A DNA stretch of 64,000 nucleotides, taken from Lama guanicoe. Its lineage: Eukaryota. Location of the stretch: assembly GCA_013239625.1 (NCBI GenBank), contig MU054466.1, forward strand, positions 496,001 to 560,000, in the 5' to 3' direction. Positions 45,601-57,200 of this stretch are shown here, piece after piece; the stretch's first letter is position 1, and the number at the start of each line of letters is the position of its first letter. Made by a program: the position numbers and the translations under genes. The notes under the pieces are model-generated. The model saw only the letters and a program-made list of their open reading frames with translations, did no database searches and was not told where the DNA came from.

Positions 45601-48600
45601 AGGAGTCCCGGGAACTGCTGCACGTTCCCAGCAATGGGCCCTCCCTGCCTGTTGACCCGGCCCCACGTGTCCACTGCAGGTGGCGCTGAGCTCCTGGCCC
45701 TGTCGGCCAAAGGCCGGCTGATGACCTGCAGCCTGGACCTGCACCGTGAGACGCCTTGCCCCACCAGCGTGACCTCGGCGAACACTGGCCAGAAAATTAA
45801 GGAGTTGCTGTCTGGCATTGGCACCGTGTCTGAGAGGTGAGCAGCTGGCTGCGGCTCGGACAGAGGCTGGCGTGGCGTCCACTGGAGGAGGCGTCCTGAG
45901 TGGTGGTGCTGGGCCGGGCCAGGCCTGATCCTTTGCCTCTGGCCCCAGTGGTGGCCCCAAGTGCCATGCTGCCAGGTCAAAGGCGGCACTGAAGGCCAGT
46001 TGTAGGTGCCGAACCCTTGGGGTTTAGAGCCAGTTCCAGGCTGCCTGCCGCCCTCTGGGCTGTCACAGTGGCACCGCATAAGGGACTGACTTGGAAATGT
46101 CAGGGGCACGGCGGGGGCAGCCAGCCCCACAATGGACACCACCTGGCCCATGCGGCCCTGATGGGATGTAGCTTTGTCAGCCCGGTGGTCTGGGCCAGGC
46201 TGCCAAGTGCAAGCTGCCCCAGGTACATCCTCTGCCTCGTTTCTTGGTTGCTGGAGAGGAGGGTGGGGTCAGACGGTTGCAGGGCAGGGTAAGAGGTCCC
46301 TGAGGTGGGGCTCCTTGCTGGTGTCCAGGAGTAGCAAGGCCTGGTCCCTTCCGGCGTTGGGAGTGGAGGGGTGGCACCCAGGATGAGGGCTCGTCGTCCC
46401 CCACCAGTGGCCACATCTCCCTCCAGAGTGTCCTCTCTGAAGAAGGCAGTAGACCAGCGGAACAAGGCCCTGACGTGCCTCAATGAAGCCATGAACGTGA
46501 GCTGTGCCCTGCTGTCCAGCCGGGAAGGCCCCAGGCCCATCTCCTGCGCCATCACCACTGCCTGGAGCTGCCTGCAGTTGCAAGACGTGCTGACGGCCAC
46601 CTGCCTGCTGGAGAACAGCAGCAGCTTCAGCCTGGACCGGGGCTGGGCCCTGTGCGTCCAGGTGCTCAGCAGCTCCAGGGCCTTAGACCTGGGCTCAGCC
46701 GGCTCGGCCGTCACCTACACCATCCCCGTGGACCAGCTCGGCCCTGGCGGTCGGCGGGAGGTGACGCTGCCCCTGGGCCCCGGCGAGGACGGTGCGCTCG
46801 ACCTGCCTGTGACCGTGTCCTGCGCGCTCTTCTACCGCCTCAGGGAGGTCGTGGGCGGGGCCCTTGCCCCCACAGACCCTGCCCAGGACGCCTGGTCGGA
46901 TGAGTGCCCCCCCGACGTCCTGCCTGAGCAGGATGGCGTCTGCCTGCCCCTGAGCGAGCGCACGGTGGACATGCTGCAGAGCCTGCGCTTCCCCAGCCTG
47001 GCTGTGCCCCCCATGCAGGCCCTGGGCCCGCTCAGCCCCGCTGGGGACCCCATCCACACCTTCCTGGGAACTTGCCGTGGGCCAGGCGGGCAGCTGGCAG
47101 GACCTTCGTCCCTGCGGGCCAAGTACCTGCCCCCATCCGTGGCCACCATCAAAGTGTCGGCAGAGTTGCTCAGGGCTGCTTTTGGGGATGGGCATGCAGG
47201 TTGGTGGCACTGACTGGCTTCGCTCTGGCCTCAGAGCCCGTCCTCCCACTCACAGATCTGCCCAGCCTCACAGCCACACCTCTCCCCTCCAGGCATGTCC
47301 CTGGGCTGTGCCACCCTGCAGTGGCTCCTCGCTGAGAATGCCGTCGGGGACATCGTGAGGGCCCAAGCACTGTCCTCTGTCCAGGGAGTGGCCCCAGATG
47401 GCACTGAAGTCCACCTCATCGTCCGCGAGGCAAGCAGGGGCCAGCCCCCCTACCCCTGGGGAGACTGGCCTCAACGGCAGCGGTTCTGAGTGGGTCCCCG
47501 GGCGCCTGAGAGGAGTCAGACCTGTGCCCACCCCCCAGAGGACCCGACGCGGCCAAGTCTGAGGCAGGCTGTGATGGTGCGGCCTTGTGGGGCTGGAGGC
47601 AGTGTCACCCTCCCAACTGAGTCCCATGAGGACCAGCCCAGTCCAGCGCTCTCCACGTGTGGTCCTAGCCCAGGGTGGCTCGTCGTTTGTGCTCCGGGAG
47701 CAGCGTGAGCACCGCTAGACCCCTAGAGCACCAGGGAGCCGGGCCCTGTCGCTGAAGCTGCTTACGTGGGGGCTGCTGAGACACCAAGATGGGGCTTGGT
47801 CCTCCAGCCCTGCCCCCACGCACACCTGCCTTCCCGACACCCTCGACGGCCAGGGGTCTTATCCAGCTGTCCTTCGTGCTGCAGCATGGAGGCTCTGGCA
47901 GAACAGCCTGGGCAGCCAGGACTCATGTTACCAAGGGTGGTGGGTGGAGGCTGCCCACAAGACGGGCCTTTCAGGTCAGGCCGGGACTAGGCACTGTCCA
48001 GGTTGGAGTGTCCTGGGCCCTGGTTCTGGGGCCTGGTGGTGGCTCTGCAGGTGGTGGACAGGGGTGGGTGTCCCAGCACATCCTGCGATTCCAGAAGGAA
48101 GAACCACCAGGCCTTCCCGAGGCCTCCAGGATCTTGCCTAGTGTCTGGCACTCACCCATCTTTCCCAGCTCTTACGTTTGCCTGGAGAGCGCCAGGCTGA
48201 CCTCGGCTGTCCAGCCCACACCCTGTTTTCACACCTGGAACCCTGACCCTGCTGTCAGGGGACCTGAGCTGCCCAGTGTGGCCCGTGAGTGTGGGTTCCA
48301 GCCATGGGCTGTCCGTGGCGGTACACCCACAGCAGTCCTTTCCAGAGTGGGCGCCACAGATCTGCGTCCTCAGGGAACGCGGTGCTTCCTGGACACACGC
48401 TTCCAGTTGAGCAGACTTGCTGTTGCTTGACTAGCTAGTTCTTCGAGCGGGAACTCATGTTGGATGCGGAGAGACAGGCCCAGGAGCCTGCTGAGCTTGG
48501 CCCACGCTAGGACAGGGCAGCCCAGGCCAGGGATTCGGGTCCCCTGGGCCTCGCACACCCCTGCCAGCTCGGGGCACCCCGAGGGCTGAGCTGCCCCACT

Positions 48601-51269
48601 CCAGCGAGGTCCCTTGTGTGTTGCAGGTGGCCGTGACCGACCTGTGCCCAGCAGGGCCCATCCAGGCTGTGGAGATCCAGGTGGAAAGCTCCTCTCTGGC
48701 CAACATGTGCAGAACACACCACGCTATCATTGGGCGTCTACAGGTCTGTTGGCCGTTGTGAAGTTTCCATGTGGTGGTGGGGATGCAGGGCTACCTGGCT
48801 AGCAGTTGCAGGCGAGCTGTGGGCATTTGGGAGGTGGGTGGGGGACTTGCTGCTCACCGTCTTGGTCTGGGCAGTAGCTCCCAGTGGCCGTGTGCGCGTG
48901 GCCTGAAGGCTAAAGGGAGCCCCGCTTGTTCCCTGTCCCAGTCAGCGTGAGGTCTGCACTTGCCCGGGCGATCAGAGGCTGCGTGGAGAGGCTGTGCCCC
49001 CGGATCAGACACGCTGGGCTCGGTCTCAGAACAAGGTGTCTGCTTGTTTGAGCCTCCACATCTTTGTCAAGATAGTGGGAGCTGGCAGCCAGCCCTTCAC
49101 ACACACACAGGCGCGCACCCGTACATGCACACGTGCACACGCACGGCCCCGGGGACCTCGCTGCTGCTCCTGCAGTGCCACACGGGGCACTGGGGCCACA
49201 ACTCTGGGACCTGCAGGAAGGGCTTCGTGCTCCAGGTGGAAGTCTGTCAGCTGGTGCCCTTGGCAGACGGGGCCCAGGGTCAGCGGCCCAGCGCCTCCCA
49301 CCTGTTCTGAGTGTGCGGCCTTCGCTGTGCAGCAAGTCTGCAGTGGCAGCTGTCAGCCAGTTTCCAGTTTCCCCGAGCATGGACTCTGCGTGAGCTTCAC
49401 TGGCAACTTCTCGGTGCACATCCCCAGTCCCCACCCCAGACCCCGAGAGTCAGGGAACCTGCAATCCGAGTTCTAGACTCACCAGTGCACCCAGGCCAGC
49501 CTGGGGGCCGAGCCATGACCAGAGGACCCTAAGCTCAGTGCCGTGGCACATCTGTGGCTTCATGCCCGGGCTCTGTCCCCAGAGCAGAGCTCCCACCCCT
49601 CCCCGCACCTCCCCCCACCCCGGGAGAGCACCCCACTGTCGCTCTTGCCGTGCTGAAGCACACAGGGCCGTCTCCAGACCCGCCAAGCGTGGCGGCCAAA
49701 AGGTAGACAGTGAGTGAGAAGCCCAGGGGAAGAGCGTGTTGACCAGACTCCCAGCAAGAGGAGGAGTTAGTGTCCTGGGGCTGCTGGGACAAAGGGAACA
49801 GATGGGACCCGGGTGCCAGCAGGGCGAGTCCTCCGGAGGCCTCTCCCGGAGCGCGTGCGGGCCTGCCCCCGTGTCCTCACCGGGTCGTCGTCCGCGTGTC
49901 TGTGCCCTGATCTCTTCTCAGAAGGACACCAGTGCTGTGGGATTAGGGCCCACGCACGTGACCTCATTTTACCTTGGTCGTCTGTGAAGGCCCTCTCCGA
50001 ATAGTTGCCTCTGAGGTGCTGGGGGCTGGGACTTCCACATGAGAATGTGGGGGGCATGATTCAGCCCGTGACAGGGTGCTGCCGACACTGTGCTCGTGGG
50101 ACGGGAGTGTCCTCGTGCCATCCATTCACCTGGCCGCTCGGGGTCAGATGTGTGGCTGCTGCCAGTGGCCAGCACCTCCTGCTGCCCCTCAGTGTCGGGA
50201 TCTCTTCTCAGTGCTTTGCCCCAGAGGCCAGTGGTAGCCTTGCTGCCTGGACAAGTCTGGGAGCTTGGATCTGAGCCCCAGGGCCCACCAGGCTGTCTCC
50301 CAAAGCAGGACACTGAGCAGCCCTGTTGTGGGCCATGCGGAACCACTCGAGCAGCAGCGCGGTGCTGGGGCCTGAGGCCAAGGACAGTGGGGAGGCGGGC
50401 AGTGGAGGGGAAAGGGCCTGCATGAAAGTTACTTCTAAGTAGACAGCCGTGAGGCTGGGGCCTGTGTGCCCTGCTGCCCGGGGTGGAGATGCTGCAGAGG
50501 TGAACTGGGGGCGAGGTGGGGAGGCCAAGATGGACGGCTTGGGGACTGGGATGCGCCACCTGGCCCTGAGGGCTGGGAGACAGGTGCCCGGAGCCCACAG
50601 GAGCACTGTCTCCAGCTGCCTGCCCCTTGCTTCCCCCAGAGGATGGTTGTGGAGCAGGCCGCCCGGGGCTCCAGCCCACCTGACCTCCGCCTGCAGTATC
50701 TCCATCAGATCCACGCCAACCATGAGGTGAGGCCCTTCAGGGCTGCCATTCCCTGCACCTTCCACCAGCCTGGGGAGCGAGGACTGTCCCCGGCCCTTGG
50801 GGGACACACACAGGCACTTGGGTGCCGCCCAGCCTGGTGGAGCCTCCCAGTCCTGACAGCCAAGAGTTGGTCTAGGCTCTTCTTGCCAGGGAGGGAGTGG
50901 GGGCGGGGACAGGGACAGCAGGCATGGCCCCACCCCTCCAACCTGCCCCGCCTTGGCAAGGACACTCCTGGGGGCAGGAGGTATGTCCCCCACATTAAGG
51001 CCACAGGCAAGTGTCTTTCCTGGGTCAGCTACCATGTCCCGAGTGGGACCTGTGCCTGGCGGTGTCCCCCAGAGGGACCTGCTGACATGCCCAGTGAGAA
51101 GGTGGGGGCCTAGCCGCTGCCGCCCCCCGACCTGTAGACGTTGCTGCGGGAGGTGCAGACCCTGCGTGACCGGCTGTGCACGGAGGACGAGGCCAGCTCC
51201 TGTGCCACTGCCCAGCGTCTCCTGCAAGTGTACCGACAGCTCCGCAGCCCCAGCCTCCTCCTGCTGTGA
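42460..51269 (+). CDS. FAAP100: Fanconi anemia core complex-associated protein 100; join(42460-42624,42761-42879,43637-44586,45680-45836,46427-47199,47293-47429,48627-48743,50640-50726,51138-51269), 878 aa
   Basis: 9 exons sum to 2637 nt in one frame. N-terminus CPLGGLAAGKPRVLCH..EVFLSTGSELVYVYDQEG and C-terminus LLREVQTLRDRLCTEDEASSCATAQRLLQVYRQLR match FAAP100; synteny between NPLOC4 and FSCN2. Confidence 0.97.
42761..42879 (+). CDS. FAAP100: FAAP100 exon 2
   Basis: tccag|GCC...AG|gtgagg; AVYKFPGQVWHLELLALRRALYVLCAQSGIYCLSLD. Confidence 0.94.
43637..44586 (+). CDS. FAAP100: FAAP100 exon 3
   Basis: tgaag|G...G|gtacga; within ORF 43641-44711. Confidence 0.94.
45680..45836 (+). CDS. FAAP100: FAAP100 exon 4
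   Basis: tgcag|GT...AG|gtgagc; LLALSAKGRLMTCSLDL...GQKIKELLSGIG. Confidence 0.94.
46427..47199 (+). CDS. FAAP100: FAAP100 exon 5
   Basis: tccag|A...G|gttggt; VSSLKKAVDQRNKAL...IKVSAELLRAA. Confidence 0.94.
47293..47429 (+). CDS. FAAP100: FAAP100 exon 6 (GC donor)
   Basis: tccag|GC...GAG|gcaagc; CATLQWLLAEN...VHLIVRE. Confidence 0.9.
48627..48743 (+). CDS. FAAP100: FAAP100 exon 7
   Basis: tgcag|GTG...CAG|gtctgt; VAVTDLCPAGPIQAVEIQVESSSLA. Confidence 0.94.
49764..50073. mobile_element. MaLR solo LTR (MLT1A/B-like) in FAAP100 intron 7
   Basis: aaggacaccagt...ggattagggcccac...gacctcatttt...ctgaggtgctgggggctgggacttccacatgagaatgtgggggg...attcagcccgtgaca. Confidence 0.75.
50640..50726 (+). CDS. 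FAAP100: FAAP100 exon 8
   Basis: cccag|AGG...GAG|gtgagg; RMVVEQAARGSSPPDLRLQYLHQIHANHE. Confidence 0.94.
51138..51269 (+). CDS. FAAP100: FAAP100 exon 9 coding part
   Basis: tgtag|ACG...TGA; TLLREVQTLRDRLC...LRSPSLLLL*. Confidence 0.95.
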   Translation, partial: TLLREVQTLRDRLCTEDEASSCATAQRLLQVYRQLRSPSLLLL

Positions 51270-52140
51270 CACCAGGTGGGCCCCCACCCCGCCCTCTGGC
51301 AGCTCAGTGCCTTTGTGGTTTTATGGAGAAAACCCGACTACTTCTGTCTCCTGACCCAGGCGGCTCTGTGGGCCTGGTTGCAGCCAGGGAAGGTTGGCCA
51401 CTGCGTGGCCGAGTTCAGCCTGCCCCGCAATGGCCACTTGGAGCCCCCTGGGTGGGTGTGCTCAGAGGAGGTGGTGGCACAGCGGTTGTGTTTGGGCAGC
51501 AAGGCAGTCTGTGACCCCGCTGGGCCTGCTCGTCCCCCCCGCATCACTCCTCTCTCCTCCCGCAGCCACCACGGCCTCTGCACTCAGCCTCAACACTGCC
51601 GGGCACCCCCTGCCCAGAACACTGGGGCTGGATCAGCGACGTCCCCTGCATCCTGACACCGGGTCCAGACCCCTGAGCAGGAGCACTCTTGCCCTTGCGG
51701 CTTGTGGCGGCCAGGGAGATGGGGCTTCTGGTTTGAGACTCGGGCGCATCTGGGTCAGTGGTTGTCACATTCCCACCGCCACGCCCAGAGCCAGGGCTGC
51801 CCCTCTTGGTGGCACCACAGCCCACCCACAGACCTCTTGTCCAGCACTGTCCACACCTGCCTACCGCTTGACTCTGGGCGCCTCGGCCCTGCTTCTCTAC
51901 AGCTGCTGGGGCCACCAGGTGGGAGGTGCTCCCTGTGACCAAAGCACAAAGATGGGGTGGGGGTGTTCCCTGCAGGTACCCTAAGACCAAAACACTCAAC
52001 AACTGGTGCCTCCAGCTGGGGCCACACCCAGCATCCAGCACTGTGCACTGTTCCCAAGGGTCCCTCAGGGCGGGCAGCCACCCCCCTTGGCCCTGGTGCT
52101 TTTGGGGAGGGTGACTCCCCGGACTCGACACGGTGCTCTC

Positions 52141-52463
52141 CTGTATGTGCAGGGCCTGCGAGGCAGGCCTCAAAAAGTGACCCTTTCTGTTGCAATGCCG
52201 TGGCCTTGGCTGTTTTTTTACCCTCCCCACCTCTGTCAGATGGCAGTTTCCATCTGGATTCCTGGTGCCCCCCCCCCCAGCTGTGCACCCCTCCCAAGTC
52301 TGGACTGTATGTGCGGCCTGCGAGGCAGGCCTCAAAAAGTGACCCTTTCTGTTGCAATGCCGTGGCCTTGGCTGTTTTTTTACCCTCCCCACCTCTGTCA
52401 GATGGCAGTTTCCATCTGGATTCCTGGTGCCCCCCCCCAGCTGTGCACCCCTGCCAAGTCTGG
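52141..52463. repeat. about 164-bp near-perfect tandem duplication
   Basis: Copies 52141-52303 and 52305-52463 differ by a 2-nt indel, C11 vs C9, and one substitution. Confidence 0.95.
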
Positions 52464-54050
52464 TGGCCTCTGCACCACCCATCCCCTGCACAGAGGCTCT
52501 GCTCTCCATCCCAGGGGCCAGGGCAGCCTACTGCCACACCAGCCCCACTCCTGGAGCCCCCCAGGTACTCTTCCCTGCCTCCCCCTCCAGCTGCTGCCCT
52601 GGGCTCTGTGGGCTCCACTGAGTGTCTGAGGCCAAGTGCACTGGCGAAGCTCAGCAAACAGGAAACCCCTCTTCAGTGCCCCGTGGAGTTGGGGAGCCCC
52701 GAGAGCACCTGAGCGCTGCACTTCTGGTAGAGCCAGCAACTTTCAGGCCAAGAGTGCCCCCCAGGTGGGCCCCCAACCCTCCTGCCCCAGGTGCCACCAG
52801 GGGGCAGCACAGGCCGCAGCTCAGGCCAGCTGCTCATTCCTACCTGGCCCCTGGGCTCCCAGGTTGTGCACTCCAGGTCAGTGGGAGCCTACTTTGAATT
52901 GGCTGGCCCATGTGGGTCCTGGCCCTCCTCTGTCCCTAAGGTCGGCGAGGCTGGGAGTCAGCCAGGGGGACCCTTGGGAGACTGAGGACGGGTCCTAGCT
53001 AGTCCTTCCTGCCCCAGGACACCTCATGATCCCTTCCTGTCCTCCCAGGCCGTGTGTGTCCCCTGTCTCCTGGAGCCTGCTCTGCACCCGCCTCCCTACT
53101 GCCCTCCTTTTGCAAAGTGCCCGCACTGGCCAGACTCACTGGAGGGGGCTTCAGGCCCCAGGCAAGGGCGAGGGCTGCCCAGGGTGTGGGAGGGGCTGTG
53201 GGGCCCAGGAGAAGGTCTGGTGAGGCCATCTATCCTCAGTCTTGCCCTACTCCCGGCTCCATCACCCCGGTCTTCTAGGTTCAGGCCAGTCCCAGGGGAC
53301 ACACCTCCCACCCCACCTCTACCCAGGTCACCCAGGCCATCCAAGAGGTGTTGGCCTGGGTAGGGGTCCTCGCAGGCTGGGGGTTTTGGGTGCCGGCTGG
53401 TTTAGGGAGACACGTGGATGGACCGTGGACCTTGGCCTGGTCATCCACCCTTGCTAAGCTGGGGTGGGGCCGGGTGGCAGCAGGCCCGTGCAGAGGCTGA
53501 GAAGGGCCCTCTCCTCGTGGCTGGCCACACACAGCCCTGTTTGGGAAGGGTGTCACTTCTCCATCAGGTGCTTCCAGGATCCCATAAGACCCTGCCCCTG
53601 GGGAGGGGAGCAGTGATGTACCCTCCGACCCGCCTGACTTGCGGGGTTTGGGTAGGGGGCGGGGGCCAGGCGCCCCACGGCGCACCCCGTCCTTCTGCGT
53701 TGGTGGGGGAGTCCTCTTCCCTGGGCTTGGGGAGGAGCTGTGTGCCAAGGGGCGACAGCCCGCGGGCGGGGTGGGGCGAGACACCAGGACTGGCTGTCCA
53801 GGATGGGGCTGCGGGACGCTCAGGCCGCTGGACTCTCCTCCGAGACAAGCGGCCCTTGGATTTTCTAGGCACCAGGGGTGGCGGGGCCGAGCGAGCATCG
53901 CAGGAGCCTCAGGGCGGAGGGACGAGGGAGGGCCGCACCGCAGCACCCCAGCCGAGCCTGCGGCGGGTGGTGCAGGCCCTCGGCGCGCCCCCCTCCCACC
54001 GGAGCGGCGCCACGGACACCGACGCGCGAGCCGCCGCGTCGCAGACTCGC

Positions 54051-54056
54051 TTTAAT
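54051..54056 (-). terminator. probable FSCN2 polyadenylation signal ATTAAA
   Basis: tttaat on +; the only AT-rich hexamer in a CpG-dense stretch, 15 nt after the stop. Confidence 0.7.
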
Positions 54057-54071
54057 GGGGGCGGGCGGGGC

Positions 54072-54277
54072 TCAGTACTCCCAGAGCGCGACCCCGGCCG
54101 GCGCGTCCGCGTCCGCGCGCAGCAGCCCCGAGGCGCCGCCGCGCAGGTACTTGCCGCTCCGGGCGCGGATGGCCAGGCGGCCGCGCTCGCGGAACTCGAA
54201 CAGGAAGTCCTCGGCGCGCTCGCCGTCGCTGCACACGCTGCCGTGGCTGCCCGTGTGCCAGAACCCGCCGCCGCGGC
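54072..54277 (-). CDS. FSCN2: FSCN2 exon 5 coding part
   Basis: cgcag|GC...TGA; RGGGFWHTG...[17 protein letters not shown]...LWEY*. Confidence 0.95.
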
Positions 54278-57200
54278 CTGCGGGCGGGGATGCGCGCGGG
54301 GCGGCAGGGCGCGCGTTCCCCGCCGCGCGCCCCCGCCCCGCGTCCCGCCCCGCGCGCCCCCAGCCCGCCCGGCCGCCCGCACCTCGGATCTGGTAGGCGC
54401 CGTCGCTGAAGCTTAGGTGGAAGACGTCGTAGACCGAGCGGTTGGTGTCCAGCTGGTTGGAGCCGCGCCGGTGGCAGACGAAGCCGTCCAGGCCGCGCAG
54501 CACGAGGATGGGCCGGTTGATGAGCTTGAGGGTGAACTCCTCGTCCTCACCTGGTGATGAGACCGGGGCTGAGGGGCCGGGCCAGGCCGGGGGGCGGGGG
54601 GCGCGGGCCGCAAACGGGGCTCACCCCGCCCAAGAGCTCCGGCCCGGACTCGCCGCCCCGTCTGTGTGCTTGCATCTGCCACTGCCACTGCCTTATGTGA
54701 CCTTGGCTGGGGCCCTGCAGCCGTGGAGCCCCCGGTTCCCCAAATGTGCAGCAGAGGTGAGGGGCTCTGGGCTCTAACTGCTTCCTACACGAGGAGCAAC
54801 TATCAGGAACGGCCAGGGCGGCCGCAGCTCGGGGCAGGGCGGATCCTGGATGAACATAAGGTCTCTGAGCTGCCACTGTCCCTGGGCAGAGGGCCCAGCC
54901 CCGGCCCCCCAGGGCAGCTGGGGAGTGCTCACCCACAAAGTCGCTGATGGCGGCCAGCTGCCCATTCTTCTTCATGCACACGTAGCGCCCGTTACTGGCC
55001 TTGAGGGCCACTCGCCGACCCCGCCACTCCATCTCAAACATGGTGTTGGCTGAGCTGGAAGGGGCAGGCAGGGTCCCCTCAGAGAAGCAGGACGTGGGAG
55101 CTCAGGTGGGCCTCCCCATCCTCCTCCAGTCCAGTACGCCCCCACCTCAGTGGGCGTTTGGCCCTGGCTGGGCTGCTACAGTGGGCCCCATGGTGGTGGA
55201 TGGTGATGCAGGTGGTAGTGGGGATGGAGGTGGTGATGGTGATGTGGTGCAGGTGGTGGGAGAGGTGGGTGCTGCACTCACACTTGTGTGGCTGTGGCCT
55301 GGATCCCCCCGTGGGTGACCAGGGTCCAGTAGCCGCCAGTTCTGGCATAGAAGGTGCACTTCTTTGTCTCCTGGTCGATTTGCATCAGGAAGGTCTCATG
55401 ATCCAGTTCTTCGTCTTGGTTGGCTGAGACATTGACCCCTGGAGGGAGGAGATGGGAAGCTGTCGCACCTCACCCTGAGTGGGGTGGGGAGCAGAGGGAT
55501 GGGGAAGCATGCCCTTGGGGCCACTGTGAAGTCAGCGGGGTCTCATCTGGAACCCTCTGGACTTGAGAAGATTTGGAAGACACTTCTTAGGGACTCCAGG
55601 AGCTCTGCCACAGGGCCGTGGGGTCACATTGTGGACCCCAACACACGGTGCCCTAAAGGCGTGTGTCCAGCGCCTACCACGGCCCCAGGAGCCGGACCTT
55701 CCGTGCCGGCAAATCCTTGGCCTCTGCTAATCACCAGGTAATCTGCTTGTTTCTGCTCTCTCGACCCAGAACTTACACCAGTCTCTATTTATAACTACCC
55801 CCTAAGCCACTGGATGCACACAGCGGAGTCCCTATCCTTTCCCAGTGTGGCCCCTATCCCCTCCCCAGCCCCCGACTCATGTGCGTGGTCTCCCAGGAGT
55901 GCTGAGGGAAGGCAAGACCACTTGGAGCTCTGCCTGAGACCCCTGGGACGGGGCCAAGGAGGGCATCCACGACCAGGGAGGGACCCCAGGCAGGCAGCGG
56001 AGCCTCCCCAGCACCTTCCCATATTCTGTGTTCCTCTTCTATGGCAATCAGCCACCCCAAGTGACGTGGCAGATCACAGAGCACCCCCGAGGCTGGGCTC
56101 CAGCAGGGAGTGGGACAGAACCCCATCAGGGCCTGAGGGTCGGGGCTCGGCCTCTCCTGCCCTGCCCTGGGGAAGGGAGGGTGGAAAGCAGGCAGGGCCA
56201 GACTGGAGAGGGCAGGACCTGGCACTCTTCACCAGTCGCCAAAGGCTGCTCCCTCCCACCCCACACCCCCCAGGCTGGGGTCTGTCTCCACTCTTACATG
56301 GATCACCACTCAGAGCCCAAGTAGGTGGCCCAGCCTTCCCACCGCCGCCGACCCCACCACCCCATCAGCAACACTGAACAAAGTAAGCGCCTGCTGCCCT
56401 GGGCCTGCCATCCGCCATAACAAGACAGACAGCGATCCGGGCCCTCCCCGCGCTGGTCCACTGGGAGCAGCAGACAACAGAAAGGGTGTGTCTGACGCCT
56501 GTGGATGCTGTGGGCTTGGACCAGGGATGGCCTCATGGAGGAGGCGACGCTGAAGCAGACCCCAAGGGTGAGGGAGCGCCCCTGTAGGGCCTGCGGGAGG
56601 GGCGTGGCAGGGGGGCCTAGGCTGCGGCTGCACACCTCCACCCTATCTCCGAGGCCAACCCTGTTGGTGTCCCCAGCATCGCCCCAAACACACCCCCTCC
56701 AGACGGTTGCGGCCCAGGGGTTCCGTCTAACACACCATCTGCTCCTGGGGCTGCGACCTTGAGGCTGGAGAGGCTCACGGAGTCCTGGATAGTGGCGGCA
56801 GAGGGTGCGGACCCTGCCGTCCCAGCAGGACTGGTTGAGTGTGGGTGTGTGAGCGAGGAGAGCGAGGGCTTTTACGGAGGGCTTTCCTTACTCCTATGAA
56901 GACACAGAAGAGTCTTTCCTTTGGGCTTTGTCCACTCTGGATATGAGGCCTGGAGCAGCAGCAGCCGTCTTGTGCCCGAAGGCAGCAGCCTGAGGTCAGA
57001 GCTGTCCCAGGAGAGTGGTTCCTCGAGGAGGAAAGAGCCAAGGACCCTGGTGATGCTGCTGAGCCGGCGGTGGTGTCCTGCCTGGTTCCCCACCACCCCC
57101 GCCTGCGACTTCCACTCCTGGGAGATCGTCAGCATCCTTACAGTGTAAGCCAGTTTGCAGCCATTTTTCTGTTACTTGCAGCCACGAATGCTGCCTCCTG

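Larger units (their letters stand above)
53880..54660. promoter_or_regulatory. intragenic/3' CpG island over FSCN2 exons 4-5
   Basis: Extreme GC and CpG density. Confidence 0.75.

Noticed and set aside
50208-51287. 359-aa antisense ORF over FAAP100 exons 8-9
   Set aside because: Shadow ORF with no recognisable homology
51544-52712. Long ORFs with an internal repeated peptide (321, 300, 251 aa)
   Set aside because: The repeat is just the translation of the 164-bp DNA duplication; the sequence is open in several frames
53418-54416. 332-aa + ORF, and similar 305/312-aa ORFs at 58349-60353
   Set aside because: Antisense or CpG-island shadows of FSCN2
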